64,000 nucleotides of DNA from Octopus bimaculoides (Eukaryota): assembly GCF_001194135.2 (NCBI RefSeq), contig NC_068987.1, positions 13,917,747 to 13,981,746 on the forward strand, written 5' to 3'. The position numbers and the translations under genes were made by a program. Shown here one piece after another: positions 45,961 through 60,182 of this stretch; positions within the stretch are counted from its first letter, which is position 1; every line of letters starts with the position of its first letter. The notes under the pieces were generated by a model that worked only from the letters and a program-made list of their open reading frames with translations, was not told the origin of the DNA and made no database searches.

Positions 45961-48900
45961 GTGATCTGCTTATGCCATGAGGCTGGAGCTAATCTCTGTT
46001 TTCCAGAGGGCTTCCTCAAGCCACTGGGGATGTTTAGATATTATGGTTTGGAAATAACCTTATGACACTTTGGAACAGTTCACAGATCTATGATCCCATT
46101 CTTGTTACTGTTGTGTTTACATTATGATTTTTTCCACAAGCACAAGGTACCAGATTCGTGAAAGAGAGAGAGAGGATATAAGAAACTGTGATGTTCATGT
46201 CTTTCCCCCAAGCAGTAGTATATGTGATGTGAAGTATCTACGAATATGAACTAAAAGTGTGTATTTGACCGACCAGAAGTTTGCTCGTGCTCTAGTTCAT
46301 GGTATTCTAGACATATTTTTGATATCAAAAACACTGTAGATTATTGCGCTACTAAGGGGGCCTCTGTATATTTGCTTGGCATTCTAGAAATAGCAGCCAA
46401 ATATCTCTTGGATGCATTGAATAATGCTGATCAAGTAGCTCTATTCTGGAATAAAAGGCTGAATGATCACGGCATAAATCTTTTTTTATCACAGGTCTGT
46501 TCATGAAATTCTGATGGATGGTTTATTTATAATTTCAATCACCATTAAAATGGGAAGTTTCTATCATAGAACCAAGGTCTGTCTCAGGTGAGTTGGTATC
46601 AGAAGAGTTAAGGAAGAGTTAACTGCCATTTTTAGCGGGTTGAGTAACTACTAAACAACAACAAAAGCAACTGAAGGAAGGATAAATGCTTCCTTTCATT
46701 GGCTTATGTTGTTGTTGAGCCCTAGGTTGAGGAGATGAGGAGACATGATAAAAACATGCTCCAACCAGGACATCCTGTCATACATTTTTTTTTAGACATT
46801 GTTTATATGCAAATGAAGGAAAGATGGTTAGATACTTCTGTCATTGGATTCTGTTGTTGTTTAACCCTAGACTGAGCAGATTTATGGTCAAAGACATTCC
46901 AACTTTGCCCACATTGTCATATATTTTTTTTAAAGATATAGTCTATATAAAACCAGATGGCAAACTCACAAAATGCTCCTTAAATGGCCATTATTTTATT
47001 AATTTGTTCTTTTGCTTGTTCCAATCATTGGACCACATCCATGCTGGGATATCACTTTTGAAGGGTTTAGTCAAACAAATTGACCNNNNNNNNNNNNNNN
47101 NNNNNNNNNNNNNNNNNNNNNNNNNNNNNNNNNNNNNNNNNNNNNNNNNNNNNNNNNNNNNNNNNNNNNNNNNNNNNNNNNNNNNNNNNNNNNNNNNNNN
47201 NNNNNNNNNNNNNNNNNNNNNNNNNNNNNNNNNNNNNNNNNNNNNNNNNNNNNNNNNNNNNNNNNNNNNNNNNNNNNNNNNNNNNNNNNNNNNNNNNNNN
47301 NNNNNNNNNNNNNNNNNNNNNNNNNNNNNNNNNNNNNNNNNNNNNNNNNNNNNNNNNNNNNNNNNNNNNNNNNNNNNNNNNNNNNNNNNNNNNNNNNNNN
47401 NNNACACACACACATACATATGCCTATGTATTTATGTATATATATATATATATATATGTGTATGTATTTGTGACTGGTTCCTATGCAGTTCAATTTGACC
47501 AAATTTACTCACAAGGCATTGGTTGGTTTGGGACAACAGCAGCAGACACTTGCCCAAGGCGCAGTGCAGTGAGAGTGAACTTAAAACCATGGGGTTGGGA
47601 AGCAGACCTCTTAACCACATAACCATCCTTGCACATATTTATTTATTTCATTGTTTTTAGTTTTACTTTCCAGGAATTACTTCGTTAACCTTTTAACCTG
47701 TTGTTTTTTTGTTTTGATTTGATTTTTGTTTTCATCTGTGTATGTACGTATGTGTGTGTATGTATGTATGTGTGTGTGTGTGTAAAGATGTTTCTTGATT
47801 TTCATATTTTTTACTCTCCAAGAAACTTTTGGTATGTAATCATGGAATTTTAAGAATATTCTGAAGAACAAAAANNNNNNNNNNNNNNNNNNNNNNNNNN
47901 NNNNNNNNNNNNNNNNNNNNNNNNNNNNNNNNNNNNNNNNNNNNNNNNNNNNNNNNNNNNNNNNNNNNNNNNNNNNNNNNNNNNNNNNNNNNNNNNNNNN
48001 NNNNNNNNNNNNNNNNNNNNNNNNNNNNNNNNNNNNNNNNNNNNNNNNNNNNNNNNNNNNNNNNNNNNNNNNNNNNNNNNNNNNNNNNNNNNNNNNNNNN
48101 NNNNNNNNNNNNNNNNNNNNNNNNNNNNNNNNNNNNNNNNNNNNNNNNNNNNNNNNNNNNNNNNNNNNNNNNNNNNNNNNNNNNNNNNNNNNNNNNNNNN
48201 NNNNNNNNNNNNNNNNNNNNNNNNNNNNNNNNNNNNTGACAATTATTGATGTTCACCCTACTTCTCTAGTGAACCAAATTTCCCATTCAACGACTATCTT
48301 TTATTGAAGTGGAAGACTTTCTTCAGAAGTTAGCCTCTATTCACAAACAGTTTACAATACAATGACTACACAACCTGTATTATATTTAAAAGAAAAAACC
48401 CAACTAACACTGCAGTTATGTGATATAAAACATGCAATCACATTTTTTTACTGTGATTCGGCAAAAGTAAAAGAAAAAAAAGCAACAAAAAACTGCACCC
48501 CTTTGCACCAATATCATTATTTATTTAATACTATGTTCTGTTTTTTTTCTTGCTATTTTATCAATGGAATTTTATTATCTATTCTTCCCTCTCTCTCTCT
48601 CTATCTCTTTTATACCACACTCTAATTTTTATTTTTCTGTCCTTTTTTTACCCCCATTAACTAATGTTGTGATTTTAAAAAAAATAGCAGTAGTCTGGTT
48701 TTGGAAAGTGGTGTTAGGGTTTATTGTAATATATAAGCTGATTTGAAGGAAGAGGACTCAAGTGTTTTCTGCATGATCATTCTAGTTTTGGTTAGTTAAA
48801 CACACAACCCAGACTTCTATTTAACATAATGTAGTTGGTAATATGGAAATATTACTGGAATCAGATAATCTGTCTTTTATTTTTTTTTTTAACAAAAACT

Positions 48901-49269
48901 AATATTTATACAAACAAAGTACAAAAACCACAAACCTGAATTACCAATTTCTGAGAAAGAAAAAGCGGATCTGACAGTGTCATCTTTGTCACAGTTTTGA
49001 GTAGAAAGTTGGGTTTACAGTGTTATTAGACTCAGTGTCTGACTCGTCTCTCATTCCAGCTTTGTCACTTTTGTTGTACTGTATATATATGCATGGTGGA
49101 ATTCAGATTGAATCTAAATATGACTACTTCTTGGACATTTGATAACTGTTCTTAAAAAAGCAGTCACATTTGGAAGATATAGTTAAAGGTACATGGGCAA
49201 CTGAGGAATCATAACTGCTTCTACCTAGATTACATGTTCTACATGTCCCCTTATAAATCAGAAAATGGA

Positions 49270-49810
49270 GTGGTAGTATTTCATCATCACATACGCATTA
49301 CCATTCATGTTGACAGCCACAGTGATCACCTATGAAAGGTTCATTGCCTGTTTGTGGTTTGAAATTAATTATAGTGAATGAAATGAACACAGAACTGCTT
49401 TCACTTTTCAGTTAGAACAATTTTCCTCCTGGCAGTGAAGTGATGGTATTTCATTGTCACATACACAAGTAGTACTTTGCCTGTTAAAGTAACAATGACC
49501 ACCTTTAATAGGTCCATTGTCTATGGTTTCATAATGTTCTTATCTTTGGAATTAGTTTTAGTGAATGAAGTGTACACAGTTGCTTTCATTTTTTATTTTA
49601 TATAGGTAGCACAATCATTCTTCAGCAGCAAAGTAGTGGTACTTCATCATCACATACACAGATACAACCTTGTTGTTATAGTAACAATGATCACTTTTAA
49701 AAGGTTTGTTGTCTGTGATTTCAAAATATACTTATCCATGAAATTAACTAAGAAGTGTACACAGAACTAGATTCATTCTTCAGATAGAATAATTTTTCTC
49801 CTAGCAGCCA
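49270..49810 (+). repeat. Degenerate ~180-bp tandem repeat, 3 units
   Basis: gta(t/c)ttcat..tcacatac at about 49277, 49447 and 49638; gtg/aacacag motifs recur. Confidence 0.72.
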
Positions 49811-50238
49811 AACATTGGTTAGTATGACAAGAAACTGAATGCTCTTTAGGTTTTACATCAAAGTATCTTTCTCTTTGATGTTTTAACAAGAACCAAGGGT
49901 TCGACATTCACAAAAATGTCTTACAGTAAATTGATTCACTCTCTTAAACATTGTTAGGTAGTTGTTGACACTATGTTAGGTTCATCTGTTATTTGGAGAA
50001 GATTCTATTTATGCCTTGCTGAGTTTCTTGTAACCTTCCTGAACAAGCTTGGCCTGGTAAAAGTGTCAGTTTAATTGCAGATGACCTGAGGATGTAACAG
50101 ATGGCACTGGATTACAGGAGACTAGTTGCACTCAGAGCAACCTAACATATGTGTACACAGAGACACTCTTCTGCCTCTCTTTCTCTCTTATATTCTCTCT
50201 TTACATGCACACACAAACAAATGCACACACACTCTTCT

Positions 50239-50469
50239 GGCGGCGAGCTGGCAGAAACGTTAGCATGCCGGGCAAAATACTTAGCGGTATTTCGTCTGCC
50301 GCTACGTTCTGAGTTCAAATTCCGCCGAGGTCGACTTTGCCTTTCATCCTTTCGGGGTTGATTAAATAAGTACCAGTTACGCACTGGGGTCGATGTAATC
50401 GACTTAATCCGTTTGTCTGTCCTTGTTTGTCCCCTCTGTGTGTAGCCCCTTGTGGGTAGTAAAGAAATA
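50239..50469 (+). mobile_element. Young family-A tRNA-derived SINE (GGCGGCGAGCTGGCAGAA...)
   Basis: CpG-rich, intact; 15-bp TSD acacacactcttctg at 50225-50239 and 50470-50484. Confidence 0.9.
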
Positions 50470-50672
50470 ACACACACTCTTCTGTCTCTTTACAAATATA
50501 CTTTGGCATACTCAAACACATTTCTATTTTTACAGATAGACACACACAGATACACACTTTTTCCTCTCTACAAATATATATACATTCCTCTCTCTATTTC
50601 TAGTTGCACATACATGCTCTCTTTCTCTCAGCTACCTCTCTCTCCTCACATACACTTTTTTCTGCTTTTCTA

Positions 50673-50710
<38 letters not shown>

Positions 50711-51959
50711 CTCTTTCTTTTCTACCTCTCTACAGACACACACACACACACACACACACTTACCATGTCATATATCCCTATATGACTTTCAATAATTAAA
50801 CTGAACAACACAGACCAAATTTAACTGACAGTTTTTGCTTAAGCACATGTCTAGTGCTTAGGTTTTTCTTTCCAGTAATTGAAACCTCATTTTTTAAATA
50901 CTTTAGATATATTTGAAATATCCCTTTATTTCTTCCATAATTCTTGCTCTTTGTTTTCTGTTTAAACACTATATATATATATATATATCCACTTTCTTTT
51001 TAATTCCTAATTCTTAGTAATGAAATCTATGAAACCATTTTGTTAATGCTCACCTCCCATGACTAGCAGTGGTAAAAACAATATAGTTTCTTGTCATTTT
51101 TTAAAATTATTGGTGGGGATTGGCAGAATTGTTAGAGCATTGATAAAATGCCTTGTGCATTTGTTTCAGCTCTTTGCACACTGAGTTCAAATCCCACCAA
51201 AGTCACCTTTACATTTCATCTTTTCAGGGTCGATAAAATAAAGTACCAGTCAAGTACTGGGAGTGATGGTATCGACTAATCCCTTCCCCGCTCAAAACTG
51301 CTGGCCTTGTGCCTAAATCGGAAAACATTATTATCATTATTATTATTATTATGATTATTATTATTATTACCTGTTGTAAATTACATTTATAAGAGTCTAT
51401 TCATAAAATCTGGTTATTAATTATAATCATATTGTTAATATTTATTATATTTTATTTCTTTGAGGATGTTTGAAGATGTGTAATCAATAGCCGTTTTTTT
51501 CATGTCTGAAGAATCCCATGGAAAAGTGGCACACCTTCAAGTAGCTATGTAAACCGATCCTTGACGCTGCAGGACTTTTCTTCCTGTCTGTGTGGTGCTT
51601 AGTAGTTTTAAAGAGAGAATCAGTCCACTCATGTCATATAATTTTTCTGGGTTTATCTGAAGTTGAGAACCACACACTGGGTTATGTCCAACATGATATA
51701 GCCTTGTATAACCCATCACCAGCACTGTATTGTGTCATCTTCGCCAAGACACTAAACTGCCAAGTGGCTCAGTTGACCAAGCTGTAAATAAATGGGTAAA
51801 CATCATCCTACTGTGCTAAACAACCAACACACTTTACAATTGATCTGTTTCATTATTGTGCAATGCTAAATTAAAATTCTCCAGTGGGATGAATTTTGAG
51901 ATTGAGTTATGGTATTAACCCTGTCATGCTGTGTTCCTACCATAGTGGGAATAGATTAA

Positions 51960-52161
51960 CACTTTTGTTACCATATTTCTGTTGAAATGCTCTGTGTTTG
52001 TTTCAATTAATTTTAAATATAACAAAGAATTTAGTAATTATCATTAAGCTAGTGTTAGGAACATAAATTGTAACTAAAGTTTGGTGGAAGATTTTAATTT
52101 AGAACTTTTGAAAACAAGACATTTGTGCTATAGAGCCAGAGGTGGATAGGTATCAAAAAGG
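51960..52161. mobile_element. piggyBac-like MITE family 2
   Basis: TTAA-flanked, ends ..ttttgttacc / gtatcaaaaagg|TTAA. Second copy at 5673-5894, partial copies near 41810 and 46540. Confidence 0.65.
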
Positions 52162-52733
52162 TTAAACATCATCTTTACCAGATTTCTGGTAAAGTGGTAA
52201 TGAACACATATAGATAAAAAAAAAAAAAGAAAAAGCTTCAGCCAATTCTGTTCAATAGTTTGCCTGCAATCATTACCCTTGAGCTGTATATACGGCTATT
52301 TATTTCCTTGCTCAGGAGCCCAAGAGGGTTAAAGGGAAAATTTGATAGGCAAGTATAGCAAATAGCTTTAAGAATAACTAAAATAATTCCTAACAGGAAA
52401 ATAGTTATTGAAGTAAGAATTTTGCTAAATGAACAAACCACATGTATTTCCAAGAACATGTAGCATCTATAGTGGCAGTGTTGGTGGTATTACCATTTGT
52501 TTTTTATTTGAACTATTCAACCATTTCTTGTTTCTTCTCAAATGTTGCTGAATAAGGCCTCACATTTTCAGGGTATCATTCGGAGATTGTCTGGTGTCAA
52601 CTGCAAAATTTGATCTTGACTTTCCTATGAATGTATACCATGTATACCCTAGCCAGCTTCAAATCTTTATACCTTTTTCTCCTTTGGGCAAATACAAGTT
52701 GATGAGGAATAGCAGTTTTAAGTTTAGTGCATA

Positions 52734-53936
52734 CAGGATGTGAGAGGTATTTGAGGACATATTAAATAAAACAACTCTAATCCAGCAAAGACTAAATGTA
52801 TTTTAATAAAAAAATTATGCATATTCTCTCAGGAAGCTTTTTTGCAAAGTTATTCTATGAAACTGCATTCACGTTTGATCACTGATTCAAAGTGAAATCA
52901 TTGACATGCCTTCACTAAAGGGTCCTTATTCATTTCAGACATCACCTAGACACTGACAGCCTCCATTGAAGCTATGGTATTGTAAGGATGTCAATTAATA
53001 CATAGTAGTCCCTGGGATTTAAATCTGGCGAGTTTGGCAGCCACAAGTTTCAGGTTGCATGATTGTAAAGATGGCCTGACATACGTTCTTAGGTTACCTG
53101 GGCTTTGCAAGATGGTGTTGACCTGTTGAAACAGGTATGGCCTTCCACTGTGTACTTCTGCTATCCAGGGCTTAACAACTGTCTCCAGCAGCATTAACTC
53201 TAAGACCCTGTTGAAAGATTTGAGATGGCATGACATGACCTTCAATACTCACCACCCCTAAAACCATCACAGTTGCTGGAAACTTAGTGTGCATTACACT
53301 GGAGACATCTGAAGGATCTATACATAACTGTTTGTCATTTCCCCTGTTAAACTTATGGTGGTTTTTGGTTGAAGTTTTTTCCATCAGAAAAGAACCGGAG
53401 CATGCCATGTTCATGAGGGTTTTTAACCTTGTTAAGTAGTTACTTGGCATGAATCAAATGGTTTTCCTGTGTCTTTGTAGATATGAATTGATATCTCCTC
53501 AGTACATATGGCTTGTATTTCAATATTCTTGTGCACCACAGTTCTGGTAGTCCACTCCAACATCTGAAGTACTTTGGTGATGGCCCCCATTGATTTTCTG
53601 AGATGATAATTTGATGACTTGTGGTGGTGTCCTTACAATGTCCAAACGTTTAGAATGATTTTTGTCCTTTGATGCTGTTGAAACATTCTTACCAGAGGCT
53701 TCATATTGCATCTGAAACTTTGTGTACAAAAGATTTTGCAACATTTAGAAATTTATCAGTTTCTAAATTGCTGTGTTATGCACATATGGCAATAATGACT
53801 GCATGTCTTTCAATTTCTTGTGTTAGCATTTTATCTGCCATAGTGGTGGGGTCTGAAAGAATGAAAAACCTTTTAGTTGGTTTGAAGAGAGGAATATACT
53901 AATAATAAGGTGTCCTCAAGTACCCCTCATAGCTGG
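52734..53936 (-). mobile_element. Decayed Tc1/mariner-superfamily DNA transposon (maT/DD37D-like), ~1.2 kb
   Basis: Imperfect 26-bp TIRs (52734-52759 / 53911-53936) each flanked by TA. Frameshifted transposase pieces on the minus strand: FFSDGKNF, TKFPATVMVLGVVSIEGHVMP, LETVVKPWI, GRPYLFQQ, WLPNSPDLNPRDYY. Confidence 0.88.
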
Positions 53937-54629
53937 TAGACTTCAGACAATTTGGTAATGAGTTCAATTCTTATAACTGGTACAAGTCTGGACAAAACAC
54001 AGATAACTCTGTTTATCTTAGTAGCAAAACAAATTCCAGTCATAATTTTGTAAGTAATGGGTTGAGCGTTCAACTGATAAAAACAAGGGAAAATATGTCA
54101 AAGTTTTTAGCTTTTCAGACCATTAACTTCATGTTTAGAGAGGAAAGGTTTTTCATATTTACACCTACAGAACATGTATAGTTTGATCCTTAATTATCAC
54201 CAGGTGTTTTATTCCTGGACATGTACATTTGTACCAAACTGAATTCATACCAGTTTGGTACAAGTTAGTCTAGTGGACCCCTTATTAATTTTATCATGGA
54301 ACACATGTAAGATTTTCAAAAGAAAAAAAAATTGTAGACCCTATACTTATATTTTATGGAAAAGTCTTGCAGACCTGAATTTGAGTGACGTTAAATGAAA
54401 CAAAACTTGTGTTAGAGAGAGAATTTATTCATATAAAAATTGTAAACTCATATATTTCGAAGATGGTGCAAGCACGAACTGTGTAGTTAAGAAGTTCACT
54501 TCTCAACCACATGGTTTTGGATTCAATCCTACTGCATGGCACCTTTGACATGTTGTCTTTTGCTATAGCCCTGGGACAACCAAATCCTTGTCAATGCATT
54601 TGGTAGATGGAAACTGAAAGAAGCCTATC

Positions 54630-54661
<32 letters not shown>

Positions 54662-55035
54662 TTATATACACGTGTGTGTATCCTTTTCTTGACATTGTGT
54701 GATAGTTGTAAACATTTGTGACTGTCATACAAGCAGTATCATTCATTTCCAATATTGTGGAAACCTGTCTAGTCATGGAGGAAATATTTCCTTGCTTGGA
54801 AACAGGTGAGGGTTGGCAACTAAAAGGGCATCTGGCCATCGAAAATCTGCCTCAAATAAAATCTGTCAATCTATGTAAGCATGAACAAGTGGACATTAAA
54901 TGATGATGATAAATACACACACACACAGTGGACCAAAAGTCACAAAGTTTGATTGCGTATTGTTAAGTGTACATAACCAAATGGCTTCAGCAGTTGCATC
55001 AACTGCATTTTTATATTTCATGGCTTTTGATTAAT

Positions 55036-55405
55036 TCTTTTACTTGTTTCAGTCATTTGATTGCGGTCATGCTGGAGCACCGCCTTTAGTCGGGCAAATC
55101 GACCCCAGGACTTATTCTTTGTAAGCCTAGTACTTATTCTATTAGTCTCTTTTGCCGAACCGCTAAGTTACAGGGATGTAAACATACCACCATCGATTGT
55201 CAAACGATGTTGGGAGGACAAACACAGACACACAAACATACATATATACGACGGGCTTCTTTCAGTTTCTGTCTACCAAATCCACTCACAAGGCTTTGGT
55301 CGGTCCATGGCTATAGTAGAAGACACTTGCCCAAGGTGCCACACAGTAGGAATGAACCCAGAACCATGTGGTTGGTAAGCAAGCTACTTACCACACAGCT
55401 ACTTC
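55036..55405 (-). mobile_element. Young family-B SINE (tRNA head, caccttgggcaagtgtcttctactatagc core-like block, acaagtaaaaga tail)
   Basis: Intact copy. Older copies or fragments at about 7425, 11200, 20600, 27160, 29765, 30560, 36075, 41085, 47480, 54465 and 55860. Confidence 0.85.
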
Positions 55406-56584
55406 TGTGTGTGTGTTTATATCTCTTTGTCTTGATATCACAAGATAGTTGTAAGCAAGTGTCACTGTCAAGCAAGCAGTGTTATTTATTTTCAGTCTTC
55501 CATGAAAATGTGCCCAGCCAAGGGGAGGTATTAGCTTGTTTGGAAATAGGTGAGACTTGGTAACAGGAAGGGCATCCAGCTGCAGAAAAATCTGCCCTAA
55601 GGAATACTGATTGACCCATGCAGGCATTGAAAAGTGGATGTTAAGATGGTGGTAGTGGTGGTGGATATTGGCTTGTATAAAATACAATTTTTAAAAGGCA
55701 ACTTTCCTTGAGGAGCCCCAGAATTTTTGCACAGAATGTAGAGAAAATTTGGTTTTGTGGTTAAGAAATAAAGGGTCTTTGATTAAATCCAATTTCATAT
55801 TATGCAGCAATAAGATATTTGATGGCCATCAGAGAGTGAACCTTTTAAATCATGTTGATATATAAACATCCTCGCATAAGGCTTTGGTTGACCTGGGGCT
55901 ATAATAGAACATACTTGCCCATGCGACACCTTGGACAAGAGTCTTCTACTATAGCCCTGGACCAACCAAAGCCTTGTGAAGGGATTTGATAGATGGAAAC
56001 TGAAAGAAGCCTATATGTGTGTGTCTTCTTGTTTTGACTTCACATGATAGATGTAAAATGATTACCACTGTGTTATTCATTTCCAATATCCTGTGATATC
56101 CATGGGGGAAATATTTACTTTGTTGGAAACAGATAAGGGTTGGTGACAGGAAGAGCATTTGGCCTTAGGAAAATCTGCCTCAATAAGTTCATTCTGATCC
56201 ATACAAGCATTGAAAAGTAGATGATAAGGATGATTTGTATATCTACATTCTTGCATTAAGGTTAATAGTCAGGAGATATTGTAATATCATTTTGAATAGT
56301 TAATATTCAGGATAAATTTCAGAGTTCTAAAAAACTTTGGGCAGTCAGCTTTGATAACAATAAATCAAAAGAAAAGTTTGTTGAATATCAAATAAGTTTT
56401 GCACAGCTACTAAATTTATTCAACTTGCTTTTCTTTAACAATTAGGTGTATGTTTGTATGCTAACCATAAAATACACTATTCATTGTTAAAACATTCCCT
56501 GCAGATTCAAATGTAAATCTGTTTGCTGGTAGTTTTTGTCCAGAGAACACTATCTCCCTTTACATGGAGTATGTTCATAATACA

Positions 56585-57490
56585 CATTTCACTGGTTCAT
56601 GCTCTAGTTTGATTCATTGGTCTAGTGAGAGAACTTTCACTGAGCCACACAACATAGTTAAACCACTGCTGTGTCTCAATGTTCTCTTACACTGGTGAAT
56701 CACTTGTTTTGAACAAACATAGCCTAAAGGGAGGTGTTCTCCATTGACTGGAAACAATGGTCAGATATTCACATTTGAATCTTCTAGAATATATTAAGAA
56801 TGAGCAGTGTAGATTATTTTTTAGATTCTCGCTGGTTTGTGTGCACCCCATAAATTATTACTGGCTGACATCAGCACATATCTGCCAATAATTTTATTTG
56901 TTGATTCCTATAAACAAGAACTTGTGCTCTTGTTAGATTCATTCGTCCAACTGTGAAGTAGCTTTGACTGAGGAGACACACCACAGTGTCAGGAAGTCCC
57001 CTTTCACCTGTGAACTGGTGAATCAATTTATGAACACACATTGTCAATAGAGACAAAGCTTTCTCTGGTAGTGAAAAACAAGTGATCAGACAGCCCTGTT
57101 TGAATCTGCCAGAACATATTAAGAATGAATAAATACATTATTGTTTAGTTTCTCACTGTTCTGCATGCACTCAATGAATTATTATCATTCTGGCTAGCAT
57201 CGACACAGCAGCAGCAAATAATTTGTTTGCTGATTCCAGTAAACAAGAGCTCATGCTCTTGTTAAATTCATTGGTCCAGACGGGTAGCTTTGACCAAAGA
57301 GACGTGCAATGAGATCAAAATACTATAATGTCTTCAAATCCCCTTGTACTGGTGAATTGTGTGTTATTTTGAACACAATACATTGTCTGAAGATTGGAGG
57401 TATCCTACATTGACATAAAACATCAGTGATTAAATATTTATGTTCAAATCTGCCAGAACACATTAAGAATGAATAGATATCTTGTTGCTT
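56585..57490 (+). repeat. Degenerate tandem array of a ~320-bp unit (3 units)
   Basis: The (g/a)attcatt(g/c)gtc motif recurs at about 56621, 56937 and 57263; tgaatctgccagaac..attaagaatga recurs. Related copies at 2520-2820 and 16740-17480. Confidence 0.75.
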
Positions 57491-60108
57491 AGATTTTGCA
57501 TGCACCTATTGCTTACTCCAGCCCTGGAAAGATTTGAACTCAACACTGCAAGCTTTTATTTAAATTCCTGGGTTGTCTTTCCTGCCTTTCTTGCCAAGAA
57601 TCAGTTTTTTTTTACCTCATTATTATAAGTGTAATTTTAATTAATTAAACTAAAAATTTCTTGGCTCACTTTATTGACATATTTAAAGGTGACAAACTGA
57701 TAGAACTGTCAATGCATCAGACAAAATGCTTAGTGACGTTTTGTGTGGCTCTTCAAATTCTGAGCTGAAATTCCACCAAGGTCAACTTTGCTTATCCTTT
57801 TGGTGGTCAGTAAAATAAGTACTAGTCAAACATTGATTGGGGGGAGGGGGGTCAATGTACTCTCTCAAAATTGCTGGCATTGTGTCAAATTTAGAAAGAA
57901 TATTACTATATCTAATGTAGCCAATACTAAAATACTTAAAAATATTTAAAAATATTAGGAATAATTAAGTGATGAGAAAAAGACAAAATTAATCATTAAC
58001 AACTAATACTATTTTAATTAGGCATCTTATTAGACATCTATGGCAAACAATAAACATCAACGTACTTGCCAAAGTAGAGATAAGAGAATTCCTATGTAGA
58101 AGCACAATGTGGTAGACTGTAGGAGCAGAGGCCCTCTGTCAGTTATGATGATGAGTGCTACAGTTGACATGAATAACAAAACAACCTGTTCATGAAATTA
58201 ACATGCAACTAAATGAGCACTCAACAGTCACATGTACACTCTTAACGCTGTCTCAGGGAGATTCAGTGTGACAAGGCTGGCCCTTTGAACTACAGGTACA
58301 TCTCACTTTTGCCAACAGAGTGAACAGGAGCAATGAGAAATAAAGTGTTTTGCTCAAGAACACAATGTGCTACTGGAAATCAAACTCACTATCTTACAAT
58401 CATGAGCTGAATACTCTAACCAGCTAAACTACATGTCTTCTCAAGTAGGTGCAGAGATTTCGCATATTTTAAAGAATAGCCACAAAGGAGATAGGTATGG
58501 CAGCTGAAACTGGCTCAAGGTGGCTGGGGATGACAAGATTTCAGATAGAACCCTTCTGTTGGCGAGAACTAATTCAGTCTTTGCTGCCTCATTTAGGCAA
58601 AATGAACAGGCTAAGGGATGAAGTGTTTGTGAGCCTGAGATACTTGGTTAAGCATAGGGGTTTCTGATATTACGATGAATTCAGAAGAAGCACTTGTAAT
58701 ACCTCTGAGTAGCTCCTGCAGTTTCTGTGTGGAGCAAAGCATCTCTGATATTTATTTTGCTTGAGAGTAATGACTGTTGAATAAAGATTTATTGCTGTTG
58801 TTGAATGTTGATTGAGCAGACCAATAATCAAAGGCATATTAGCCATGATCATCCCATCTTTGTTTTCATTTTATTTTTTCCTTCTCTTCCTTGGACATTG
58901 TAATCAGTCACTGATGCTGAAAAGTGTCAGAAATGGTGCAGTGTTCAATTAGATTCTCAAAAGGATTTGGCTTTCCTTTGTTTCTGTCCTAGTTCAAACC
59001 CTGCCTTAGTCAACTTTGTCTTTTACCCCTCTCAGGGATCTATGAAATAGGTTACTAATCCTGAAATACATTTTATTTGATACACATCAACTGTATCTCA
59101 CCCACTTCCAACTTTATAAAGGGGGAGGTCCTACAGTAGTCCTAGTGCATGCATACAGTGGAGTAGATAGGTGTATCTCATTGTGGACTTAGCCAGCAAG
59201 AGTTAAGTGACATGGTCATAGATAGAACACAAAGCTCATAACTTATGGACTATTGACCATTCAATTTGACTTGGACACCTGGAAATAAAAAATACAAATT
59301 TGTAAAGAAAAATGATTTATATGATGTGAAAGAAATAATAATGAGGTCTCTAGACTTTTGAAGGATCTACATAAAATGTTACTTCTGTTTTGTTTAATCT
59401 TTTGTTCCATTTTCCATAAACAACGAATACGTATATTACTGTATTTTCCAGTAAACAAGTCAATATAGTATTTAGTGTAAACATGTAGTGTAAACATTGA
59501 AACATCATTACCATTTCTTCAAATCCCGCTGAATTTCATATGGAATTTTTGGTCCTCCAAAGTCACATTGGTGTATAACTCGATCTTCCTTTTTTTGACC
59601 CCACCAAATTTTGGTCTGAAAAATTTCAACTTGTATGTGGGGAAAATATGGCTGTTTCAAAGTGTCATGAAGTGGAATTTAACAATGCAGACTCAACTAG
59701 TTTTCTCAGATTCTACTATTTTACTATGTTGATCTATCAGTTTGAGCAATATTACATTTCAACAAGGGATTTACTCAAAAGATTAAAAAAAAGCAAAAAT
59801 AAAGTAATAATTTTGTATCTTAATAATAAAACACGTAATCACTTTTTTTCTCAAACCAAATTAACTAAAATGTTTTTGGTTGTGTTTTTTTTTCTTTTTT
59901 CTTTCTGTAAGCAAGTGGGGTAAACATTTTTTATTGAAATATTTGGTGTGTCAATTCTCTTCTTGTTTTTGTTTTCTGTTACATATTCTGATGAATTTCA
60001 CATTTTATTGATATATCCAATCAATAACACTGCTGCATATTTTTTATATAATATAGAGTATAATAGCTTATATATATGCATAAACATATAAGATAAAGTG
60101 TGTGTGTA

Positions 60109-60182
<74 letters not shown>

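Noticed and set aside
59560-59650. pogo/Tigger-like MITE ends (also near 38364-38445)
   Set aside because: Too degenerate to define TIRs or a TSD by eye.
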